Assembly: GCA_963719035.1 (NCBI GenBank)
Contig: CAVRAO010000008.1
Span: 128,001 to 192,000, forward strand
From: Methanobacteriota archaeon
Lineage (GTDB): Archaea; Halobacteriota; Bog-38; Methanoflorentales; Methanoflorentaceae
Reading direction: 5' to 3'
Length of the DNA: 64,000 nt
The stretch's first letter is position 1. Every line of letters begins with the position of its first letter. Positions 34,890 through 42,979 of this stretch are shown one piece after another. The position numbers were made by a program, and so were the translations under genes. Below the pieces are notes generated by a model. That model worked only from the letters and a program-made list of their open reading frames with translations. It had not been told where the DNA came from and searched no databases.

Positions 34890-35468
34890 ATGAAAAAAAT
34901 AGCCATTTCTCTATTGGTACTGGCTCTTGTGGCTGCATTTTCAGCGACGGGCGTAGTGTCAGCGGCAACCTGTGCTGCAACGACGACTGCCTGTCCATCG
35001 ACCACGAGCGCTCAGTGCACCAGCTGCGTCACGTCAACGTGCTGCTGCTGTCCGTGCCCGGTAGTAACGTGCTGTCCAGTAGTCACGACCTGTGTCGTCA
35101 CCAAGTGCTGTGAAGTCAAGACTGAAGTCAAGGCAGCAGCCTGGGTACACCCACCAATCAAGGCAGCTGCTGGCGCAGTCGCAACGGATGGCGCCGCCGC
35201 AACCACTGGCGGACAAGCTGTCAACCAACAGATCGCGCAAAGCAACACCGCCAACGCCGCCATTAACGGCGATAACAACATTGTCACCTTCAACCAAGGG
35301 AACATCGCTGGCCAAATCGCAGTTCCGGTACAAATCGACATCAAGGACATAACGATCAACCCGGCCTTGGCGTGGAACGGTGGACAGATTGGCGACCGCA
35401 CCAACAGCAATAACGAAGAAGAAGTCGTAGTCGTAGTACCACCCGCGGCACTACCCGTGGCGCCCTAA
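34890..35468 (+). CDS. Secreted Cys/Thr-rich protein, copy 1
   Basis: Signal peptide; 14 Cys in ~48 aa; Q/N/G-rich beta-strand region; SD AAGGAG. Confidence 0.85.
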   Translation: MKKIAISLLVLALVAAFSATGVVSAATCAATTTACPSTTSAQCTSCVTSTCCCCPCPVVTCCPVVTTCVVTKCCEVKTEVKAAAWVHPPIKAAAGAVATDGAAATTGGQAVNQQIAQSNTANAAINGDNNIVTFNQGNIAGQIAVPVQIDIKDITINPALAWNGGQIGDRTNSNNEEEVVVVVPPAALPVAP

Positions 35469-35489
35469 AACGTTAGTTGATTTCGATTT

Positions 35490-35520
35490 AAGCCAGGGAT
35501 AACCTGGCTTCCTTTTTTTT
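35490..35520 (+). terminator. Hairpin + poly-T terminator
   Basis: AAGCCAGG-GATAA-CCTGGCTT followed by a T-run; copy at 37670-37699. Confidence 0.8.
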
Positions 35521-35775
35521 ACTATTATTGCAGTTAGCTCTGCTTTGATGAGCAGTTGACAAGCGTTGCCGTAGCGGCTTGTGCCGTTTAACGAGAGACA
35601 TTTACGTCAGCTTTAAATGCCTGGGCGTCCAAAACCCCTTGAATTTATCTCGCCCTACGATCACGGAGGGGCACGAGCACCGCAGCAGCCTCACGTAAGA
35701 GAGGAGCTGCGTTAAAAGCGGTTAAAGGGATCTCACGCAGCGTATTAAGAAAGCGTATTAAGCCGACAAGAAGGG

Positions 35776-37074
35776 GTGAAGGGAACGTTGGAAAACCGAA
35801 CGAAAGCGCCGTACTCGGACCAACAAAAATATCCCTCACGCGGCGAAGCAAGGCTGTTCCCTAACGTTCAGTTTATTTATGAGCTTGTCTTAGCGCAGCT
35901 CGAGCTGCATTCTCTCAGTGCTGCTTTTGAGATGGATGATGAGCTTTCAGGCGTAACACTGCGCAACGCCGGAGACGATCAGCGACTAAAAAGGCGGCTC
36001 GCATATTTTCAGACGGTCAACGGAGAGCACACCGACTACTTCTACATTTCACGAAAAAATAGGACGCGATCGGTCAATCAGTATCTGACTCACTGGATCT
36101 ACCCCTACAAGGGTAAGTTCCATCCACAGATGATCAGAGCAGCGCTCAACATTATCGGAATGGAACCGGGAGAAACGGTCTTAGACCCCTTCGTCGGAAG
36201 CGGAACGACGGCACTTGAAGCGCAGTTGCTCGGTGTTAACTGCGTTGGCTTTGATGCATCGCCACTGTGCGTCCTCCAAAGCAGGGTCAAGACTGCGTCA
36301 CATGAAGCCATCAAGGAAATAAGAGACCAATGTGAAGCGCTTATGGCACTCAACCAGGCAGAAATGGCATTGGACGGAAAGGCTCTGAACCCTTTTACAT
36401 CAATTGCTGATCAAAGGGTTCAAGATTTCTTTCGATTGGCAAAGCTCGTCGCGCTGAGCGACAGCGTTCGGCGTCGAAAAGACTCATCGATGGCATTTGG
36501 CTCACGTACAAGATTAATGACGAAGTCGATTATGGATTATGATCAAATACGAACAGAACTCAAACTCTCACTGGGACGCGCAACGATCGAACAAGGGGAC
36601 GCACGCGCGCTGCTCTTACGCGATGAAAGCATCGACGGTATCATCACGTCCCCGCCTTATGCCATAGCACTTGATTATATCAAGAACGATGCTCACGCGC
36701 TTGAGGCCCTCGGACTGGACATACGTGAGATGCGCGAGCAGTTCGTCGGTTTGCGAGGTCCAATGAATGACCGGGTAGAGCTCTATGATGAGGACCTGAA
36801 GAAGAGTTTGGATGAGATGATGCGAGTGCTGAAGCCGAACAGATATGCGTTTATCGTTATCGGAAATGCCGTTTACAAGGGACGGACACTCGAATCAGTC
36901 GAGCTCATAGTCAAACATGCAAACAAGATAGGATTGCGTCTCACAAATAGGATCAACAAGACTATCTTTGGCCTCTACAACGTGATGCGAAGCGAAACAG
37001 TTTTAATCTTCAAAAAGGATAAAGACTGTAACAACACAGATGACGGGAAAAAGCCCCGCTCTGTGTTAAGTTAA
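35776..37074 (+). CDS. Amino-DNA methyltransferase (N4-C/N6-A), apparently orphan
   Basis: YPYKGKFHPQM, DPFVGSGTT (motif I), ITSPPY (motif IV); no adjacent restriction endonuclease recognised. Confidence 0.88.
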   Translation: MKGTLENRTKAPYSDQQKYPSRGEARLFPNVQFIYELVLAQLELHSLSAAFEMDDELSGVTLRNAGDDQRLKRRLAYFQTVNGEHTDYFYISRKNRTRSVNQYLTHWIYPYKGKFHPQMIRAALNIIGMEPGETVLDPFVGSGTTALEAQLLGVNCVGFDASPLCVLQSRVKTASHEAIKEIRDQCEALMALNQAEMALDGKALNPFTSIADQRVQDFFRLAKLVALSDSVRRRKDSSMAFGSRTRLMTKSIMDYDQIRTELKLSLGRATIEQGDARALLLRDESIDGIITSPPYAIALDYIKNDAHALEALGLDIREMREQFVGLRGPMNDRVELYDEDLKKSLDEMMRVLKPNRYAFIVIGNAVYKGRTLESVELIVKHANKIGLRLTNRINKTIFGLYNVMRSETVLIFKKDKDCNNTDDGKKPRSVLS

Positions 37075-37085
37075 GGAGATGAATC

Positions 37086-37646
37086 ATGATGAAGAAAATA
37101 GCCATTTCTCTATTGGTACTAGCTCTTGTGGCTGCATTTTCAGCGACGGGCGTAGTGTCAGCGGCAACCTGTGCTGCAACGACGACTGCCTGTCCATCGA
37201 CCACGAGCGCTCAGTGCACCAGCTGCGTCACGTCAACGTGCTGCTGCTGTCCGTGCCCGGTAGTAACGTGCTGTCCAGTAGTCACGACCTGTGTCGTCAC
37301 CAAGTGCTGTGAAGTCAAGACTGAAGTCAAGGCAGCAGCCTGGGTACACCCACCAATCAAGGCAGCTGCTGGCGCAGTCGCAACGGATGGCGCCGCCGCA
37401 ACCACTGGCGGACAAGCTGTCAACCAACAGATCACGCAAAGCAACACAGCCAACGTCGCCATTGACGGCGACAACAACGCTGTCGAAATCAACCAAGGGA
37501 ACATCGCTGGCCAAATCGCAGTTCCGATAAAAATCGACATCAAGGACATAACGATCAACCCGGCCTTGGCGTGGAACGGTGGACAGATTGGCGACCGCAC
37601 CGACAGCAACAACGAAGTAGAGGTCTTAGAAATCGGAGACGGCTGA
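37086..37646 (+). CDS. Secreted Cys/Thr-rich protein, copy 2
   Basis: Identical to copy 1 for ~115 aa, then divergent with a different C-terminus. Confidence 0.85.
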   Translation: MMKKIAISLLVLALVAAFSATGVVSAATCAATTTACPSTTSAQCTSCVTSTCCCCPCPVVTCCPVVTTCVVTKCCEVKTEVKAAAWVHPPIKAAAGAVATDGAAATTGGQAVNQQITQSNTANVAIDGDNNAVEINQGNIAGQIAVPIKIDIKDITINPALAWNGGQIGDRTDSNNEVEVLEIGDG

Positions 37647-37788
37647 TAAAGCGTTAGTTGAATAGATTTAAGCCAGGAATAACCTGGCTTCCTTTTTTTA
37701 TATTGTTGTAGTTAGCTCTGCTTTTGTTATCAGTTTTAAACGTTGCCGAAGCGGCTTATGCCGCTAACTATGTTAAAAAACAACAAAA

Positions 37789-37845
37789 AACGTAATGCAA
37801 AGGGAAAAAGTTTTAATCTTCAAGAAGGATGAAGAGTGCACTTAA
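37789..37845 (+). pseudogene. Duplicated 3' tip of the methyltransferase gene
   Basis: NVMQREKVLIFKKDEECT* versus NVMRSETVLIFKKDKDC at 36979-37029. Confidence 0.8.
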
Positions 37846-37863
37846 CGCCCTGAACCAGAATCC

Positions 37864-38172
37864 ATGCGAGCACTTATCGTGTACCCGTGGCAGGTGGAAG
37901 AATTTATCCAGTGGTTAGAGCCGGACGTTTCGAGATGGCCGATTGACAACGTGAAGGCAGCACTGACCAAAGTGTCCTATGAAGAGCTCATTAAGCTTCA
38001 CGTGGTTCCAGCGCTTTCCAGGTACGACGCGCTCAGATGGTTTGAAGATGGCAGGCTCGTTGGCAGTAAAAACAACGGGTCTCAAGAGATCTTAAATAAC
38101 TTTAAGGACTACCGCTTCAACGGCTTGTTCTACTCGGGTCTGTTCGACACCGAGGGCGAACCGGATTGGTGA
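37864..38172 (+). CDS. Hypothetical protein (102 aa)
   Basis: ATG-started ORF with normal composition. Confidence 0.6.
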   Translation: MRALIVYPWQVEEFIQWLEPDVSRWPIDNVKAALTKVSYEELIKLHVVPALSRYDALRWFEDGRLVGSKNNGSQEILNNFKDYRFNGLFYSGLFDTEGEPDW

Positions 38173-38224
38173 CTTTTTAAACCGCGCGCAGATTGACCAA
38201 AGCACGCGTTGACTGCCGTGGGCA

Positions 38225-38689
38225 TTATTTCCTGAGCGTTTCTAAAGTCTGTTTGACGGCGTCAACATGACCGCCAACCTTTACTTTTCGCCACTCGTGC
38301 GCCAGCTTCCCTTGTGGAGTGATCAGAAACGTGCTACGTTCAATGCCGTAATATTCCCGTCCGTACATGCGTTTTAGTTTCCAGACGCCATATTTTTCCG
38401 CCACTTCGTGATCTTCGTCACTCAGCAGCAACACGCCAAGCTTGTGTTTTTCAGCGAATTTCTGATGACTGGCAGGCGAATCCGGGCTAATCCCGATGAC
38501 TACTGCGTTGTGCTTCGCAAAGTCTGGGAGTTGTTCGCTAAACTCTATCGCCTCTCGTGTGCAGCCACTTGTGTTATCTTTAGGGTAGAAGTAAAGAACA
38601 ATCCATTTGCCCGTAAAATCGCTTAAACATTGTTGCTTGCCTGTGCGATCGGGGAGGCAGAACAAAGGCACTTCAGAACCGATTTCCAT
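38225..38689 (-). CDS. bcp: Thioredoxin-dependent thiol peroxidase BCP/PrxQ
   Basis: YFYPKDNTSGCTREA, GISPD, ERSTFLI; SD GAGGTG before MEIG. Confidence 0.93.
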   Translation of the reverse strand: MEIGSEVPLFCLPDRTGKQQCLSDFTGKWIVLYFYPKDNTSGCTREAIEFSEQLPDFAKHNAVVIGISPDSPASHQKFAEKHKLGVLLLSDEDHEVAEKYGVWKLKRMYGREYYGIERSTFLITPQGKLAHEWRKVKVGGHVDAVKQTLETLRK

Positions 38690-39010
38690 TTTACACCTCA
38701 AAACCACTGCTCGCTCTGTTTGCGAACAACGCTTTACGCATGAATATAGGGGTATCATAACCTTCATAAGAATTACGTGCCTCCTGTCCTTTTTCAAACA
38801 GCGTAAGCATGTGTTTTAGTGTTCCGCTAACGGTTCAATCGATGCGGTGCCAAGCGTCTGAGGTAGTTTTAGCTCGTTCTAAGCGAAGGAACGACTTATA
38901 AATGTTTGTGGCAGCCTAAGACAGTCACGTTCGTATTCGACAGCATATAACTGAGCTATATATGAAAAACACTTATTGCGTTGTGACAATCGTTACAAGC
39001 GTGAAGACTT

Positions 39011-39289
39011 ATGCTAAATCCACTCTTGCACGACGGCCCTGCTGAAGTAGCGTTGATGACTGATCTGCAAAAAGAGGTTTTCAAAAGCATTAATGAAGCG
39101 AGCGGCGAAGGCCTTCGCTTGTGGCAGGTGCAGAAGAAGGTTTCTGGGTCGAAGTCACAAGTGCAAGAAGCGCTCCACGAGTTACTGGCGGCAGGCTATA
39201 TCGGGATTCTGTCAATGGGCGGGGGGCCCAAATACCATAAGATTGCCTCAAAAGCTTACATCTTGGCAGCGCTGGACGCAAATCGCTGA
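39011..39289 (+). CDS. Small winged-helix protein
   Basis: Helix pattern LQKEVFKSI..SKSQVQEALHELLAAGYI followed by a wing. Confidence 0.55.
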   Translation: MLNPLLHDGPAEVALMTDLQKEVFKSINEASGEGLRLWQVQKKVSGSKSQVQEALHELLAAGYIGILSMGGGPKYHKIASKAYILAALDANR

Positions 39290-39365
39290 GACTCGCCAAC
39301 GATTCTCTTCCGACGCGTTAGCGGATTGGCTTTGCAATTTGTGCGTGTCCTTGATGGCTCCTCTA

Positions 39366-40172
39366 TTATGCTAATACAAAGCTAAACAACACAATTCTCT
39401 GCCTCGCATCGCGCTGGGAGATCAGCCCAAAATGAGCCTGCTTGTATCTAAAACGTTGATAACCTTCAGGCCCCGCAATTCCCACTCGTACGAGGTAGCT
39501 TGTATCTAAATCGCGCGCGATTCCACGTGAAGCCACTTCGTATCCGGCGTACCGATGGTGCTCCAAGCGCATCATTGCGAGAACGTTGCCTCGTCGGTCG
39601 GAGAACACCGCCGCATCGTGATCGTGTCCACAGAGGATAACGTATCCAATCCCGCACCTTTCCTTGACGTATTCGAAGGCTTCTGCTGGTTTGTAGTGGT
39701 ACCCGCTTGCGTCGATGTACGACCTTGACGAGATGCGTTGCCACGACCGATGATAGAGCCACCCGGCGCCGAGTCTGTGCGGGTCGATCGGGCCTCCATG
39801 AACGGCGAGAATCCGATTATCCTCGCTGATGTAGCAGTCGGGAAGCGCCTCCAGAAAAGATGCGTATGCGTCCAAGTTGGTGTGCGCCTGCCTGCTTCTA
39901 GCGTCACTGCCGGATAATGGATAACCTAAGAGCAGCGCTTCATCGTGATTCCCGAGCAAGGAGACGACGGGGCGTGTTTTTTCGAGCTCTCGCAACGTGT
40001 CGATGACCTCTCTCGGATGATAGCCGCGCTCGACCGTATCGCCGAGGTTGAGGATCAGTTCCACTTCGGAGTACTTCCGCACGTATCGCTTGTCGGCAGT
40101 AATGTTGAGGATTGCCTCGAGCGCGCGTATGTCGGCGTGCACATCCGATATGACTAGTATGGACACGTCCAA
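39366..40172 (-). CDS. Calcineurin-like metallophosphoesterase
   Basis: SDVHAD, LGDTVERG, LGNHD, VHGG, CGHDH. Confidence 0.9.
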   Translation of the reverse strand: MDVSILVISDVHADIRALEAILNITADKRYVRKYSEVELILNLGDTVERGYHPREVIDTLRELEKTRPVVSLLGNHDEALLLGYPLSGSDARSRQAHTNLDAYASFLEALPDCYISEDNRILAVHGGPIDPHRLGAGWLYHRSWQRISSRSYIDASGYHYKPAEAFEYVKERCGIGYVILCGHDHDAAVFSDRRGNVLAMMRLEHHRYAGYEVASRGIARDLDTSYLVRVGIAGPEGYQRFRYKQAHFGLISQRDARQRIVLFSFVLA

Positions 40173-40689
40173 GCTCCTCTTGACGCACTTGAAGACTTAA
40201 AGCCGCTTTGACGTCTGTTGTGCGTTGAGATCTACTTTGCCATAATGCACGGTTGTGGCCGTATAGTCGCCTACGTCAGTATCGCAGCTTTCACGTTTGT
40301 CTTATGTTCAAAGGATTAAGCGCACCAAAACCGTTCCAAAACCACACCATTTTTTTTTGTTACGGATTGAATTGCAGAGGAAATACTTCCTGTCTAGAGG
40401 CGTGGTCGGTAGTGAGGACAATCTGAGTTAAACAAAGTAATTAATGATATGCGCTTTTTTATATTAATCTATATATATAACAAGGAGCCCAGCCGTACTC
40501 AGATGTAAATTGTCGGGCGCTGAAATGAGGCTGCTCTGTTAATCTTTACAAATTTAAAGCTCACATCTTTTTTTTAAATTGTCTAACGCCCAAACGTGAA
40601 ACATTAACTTGTTGCACAACATAGGGGTAATCGCTATTCTTTGATGCAGAGGGTTCAGCAAACCCCGTCTCCTCGGTATCGGCGGCCGG

Positions 40690-41150
40690 CTGGTGAGCTG
40701 TGACGCTGGGCAGAACGCGGAATAATGCTGAGAACGACGTTTTTAGATGCAACGCTCGAGCTTGCCGACCGCATTAGGGGCGGCGTTCACGCGAGCGAAT
40801 CGACGTCTAAAAAACGTCGACAGATACACAAAGAGAGCAGTGATACAATGAGACTGCACGGGACACAGACTAAGCGAGGCCAATCACGCCCTGCGTCCGT
40901 TGCGATACGCAACTGCGACACGCGGCGTGGCCTCTATGTACCGCACATTGACCAGCGTGGCACAAAGACGACGGAGTCTGGGGTATGCAAGACGCAGCGG
41001 TGAGACAACAGTTATGCTCCTCAGGGCGCATGGCAAATCCATTGACGCCATCGCCCGCGAACTGAGCGTCCAGAAACAGACGCTCATTGCGTGGAAAAGC
41101 TCGTGCAAAGAGGAGATTGCTGACATGAAGGCATACATAATCTGGGAAAC
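40690..41150 (+). pseudogene. Decayed copy of the 49680-50600 module (3' end of MerR-like gene + HTH gene)
   Basis: gatgcaacgctcga..gagcgaatcgacgtctaa matches 50163-50228; ATGCAAGACGCAGCGGTGAGACAACAGTT at ~40985 matches 50376 with a 1-nt deletion. Confidence 0.75.
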
Positions 41151-41154
41151 TATG

Positions 41155-41631
41155 CTACCGCTGTTTCAACAGCTCTTGTATCTGCTCTTCTGCAGGAACT
41201 GCCTGGGACCATACGTTCTCAAAGGATGTGAGGAGGTACTCAGCATAATTAGGACTCTCGCTCCAGAAGGCAGTGAGAGGAGTATCAAGCGTATATTCTT
41301 GGACGCCGAGATTTATCGCGCTGATGCTCTGCTGCTTATCACCTACGATCATGAAGATTTCATGGAACTGGTCACTATGACGCAGATCATAACCGATATC
41401 AAGTCGCTTTCGCACCCCTTCAACGTCATCGCGCGATATGGGTATAATGCCCCTGATCGCCCCGCCGTTTTGTATGAACCGGTCGGCGCTTTGCATAGAA
41501 GCATAATTCGCGGCGAGGGACACAAAGGAATAAGGTGTGACGTAGACAATCTCGTGCTTTGCTGATTCAAATATCCCTAAAATCACCGCTATGGCGTCTT
41601 TAACACTGTTGATAACTGTACCGGCAGGCAT
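41155..41631 (-). CDS. TrmB-family C-terminal (effector) domain lacking the HTH
   Basis: Aligns with the C-terminal half of 41741-42583 (GG..RGI..I, D.G.D.RH, ISAIN, YL..FE..W.Q.VPAE..IQELLKQ). Confidence 0.8.
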   Translation of the reverse strand: MPAGTVINSVKDAIAVILGIFESAKHEIVYVTPYSFVSLAANYASMQSADRFIQNGGAIRGIIPISRDDVEGVRKRLDIGYDLRHSDQFHEIFMIVGDKQQSISAINLGVQEYTLDTPLTAFWSESPNYAEYLLTSFENVWSQAVPAEEQIQELLKQR

Positions 41632-41740
41632 GAAAAGTCATATCGAAACTGGCTTATACATAAGTATGTGACACAGGATGGTGTCGCTTGGATTTTGAAA
41701 AAAGATGGAAATTGTTCGGCTCCGTTGTGTAGTAAAGCTT

Positions 41741-42583
41741 TTAATGATCTGCCTGCGGAGGGCCTTGCTTGAGCAGCTCTTGTATCCTTTTTTCCGCTGG
41801 AACAGACTGCTTCCAAAGAGATTCAAAAGTGGAGACGAGATACGCGCCATATACAGGGTCACTAGCATAGAGCATATTGGCTGGTTCATTGAGCCTCACG
41901 TGCTTGACATCAATGTTAATCGCACTGATACAGTGCTTTCTTTCGAAGACTGCGTAATACAGCCCTTGGTAGCTGTCAAAGTGCCGCACGTCCTCGCCGA
42001 CATCTAAGACCTCTTGCACGAACGGTATTACAGAATAGGTGATGTCAGTGATGCCCCGCGTCTTCCCTCCTCGTTTAGATAGCTCACTAACGACGTCGTT
42101 GATGCCAAACATGGAGGCCAACTGCAATCCTTCTTTGGGCGCTATCCACAGAAACTCCTGTTCTATTGAGGAGAGGATGGGTATCGCAGTGTTGACGATC
42201 TCCTTGATGCTCTTGAGTATCTTAAACGGAGCAACTTCGTCGGAGCGTCGAAACTGTTGCTGCTTTGCCAGTTCCTGCAGCTCCCGTTTTCGCATTTCCA
42301 TCTCACGCAGTTCGCTCTGTTGGTTTTTCAGTACAGAGCTAAGGGCGACATTAATGTCCACTGCGGCGTAGACTGTCGGCGAATTTAGTGACGGACGCAC
42401 CATACCCCTCTCAACGAGACTATTCAGGGTGCGGTGCACGTCTTCACGATACGTCTTCAGTGACTTTGCGAGCGGGGACGGCGTCTTGGGGCCGTATTTG
42501 AGCAGGTGCAGATACGTCTGCGCCTCCTTTTCGCTGAGCCCGAATCCAATTAAACGGCGGGAGAAGTCTTCGTCAGTGGCCAT
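41741..42583 (-). CDS. TrmB-family transcriptional regulator
   Basis: FGLSEKEAQTYLHLLKYG..LAKSL..YREDVHRTLNSLVERGMV; PLD-like C-terminal domain. Confidence 0.9.
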   Translation of the reverse strand: MATDEDFSRRLIGFGLSEKEAQTYLHLLKYGPKTPSPLAKSLKTYREDVHRTLNSLVERGMVRPSLNSPTVYAAVDINVALSSVLKNQQSELREMEMRKRELQELAKQQQFRRSDEVAPFKILKSIKEIVNTAIPILSSIEQEFLWIAPKEGLQLASMFGINDVVSELSKRGGKTRGITDITYSVIPFVQEVLDVGEDVRHFDSYQGLYYAVFERKHCISAINIDVKHVRLNEPANMLYASDPVYGAYLVSTFESLWKQSVPAEKRIQELLKQGPPQADH

Positions 42584-42622
42584 CAGTAATCACCTCGTAA
42601 GTGAGCTTATGATAGATATACG

Positions 42623-42775
42623 TTACTTAATGAGCGGGGGGCGAAGCACGCTGTTCACGGCGTTGGCGAGGCGCTCTGCGCACTTGGTGCAGTTTGGATC
42701 GTTTGTGTTCACGCAGCCGAAGTGGAGGCCATACCAGCAGGCCCCGGTTTTTATGGTCGTTAGGTTCGTTGCCAT
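42623..42775 (-). CDS. 4-Cys microprotein (50 aa) upstream of TrmB
   Basis: MATNLTTIKTGACWYGLHFGCVNTNDPNCTKCAERLANAV..; GGAGATGA SD; similar ORF at 52336. Confidence 0.6.
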   Translation of the reverse strand: MATNLTTIKTGACWYGLHFGCVNTNDPNCTKCAERLANAVNSVLRPPLIK

Positions 42776-42979
42776 AATATTCATCTCCGATCCAACTGCA
42801 CCGAGTAGTTTCATAAGGCCGCGTGAGACAGCGATTGTGTGGAAAAGCGTGACAGTGTGTTTGTGTCACGCCTCACAGCGGCTATCGCAGGAAAGCGGCG
42901 ATCGAAAAAACAGAAGCTAATCGAGTTGCAGCTAATCAAGCAGCAGCTGCAAAAACAGCTGCATAGCGATAGCGCTATG

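Larger units (their letters stand above)
34805..35592 (+). repeat. Direct repeat unit 1 (leader, Cys-rich gene, terminator), homologous to ~36995-37768
   Basis: Near-identical coding 5' part; diverged but alignable flanks. Confidence 0.9.

Noticed and set aside
35230-37620. DGR template/variable repeat pair in the duplicated Cys-rich genes
   Set aside because: Mismatches are not restricted to adenines of one copy (C/T and T/C changes occur) and no reverse transcriptase is in the window
40620-40700. SRP RNA or riboswitch-like GC-rich stretch
   Set aside because: No SRP helix-8 motif or recognisable aptamer found; adjacent sequence is explained by a decayed gene copy
40900-41565. 221-aa plus-strand ORF
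   Set aside because: Chimera of an HTH pseudogene fragment and the antisense of the TrmB-domain gene
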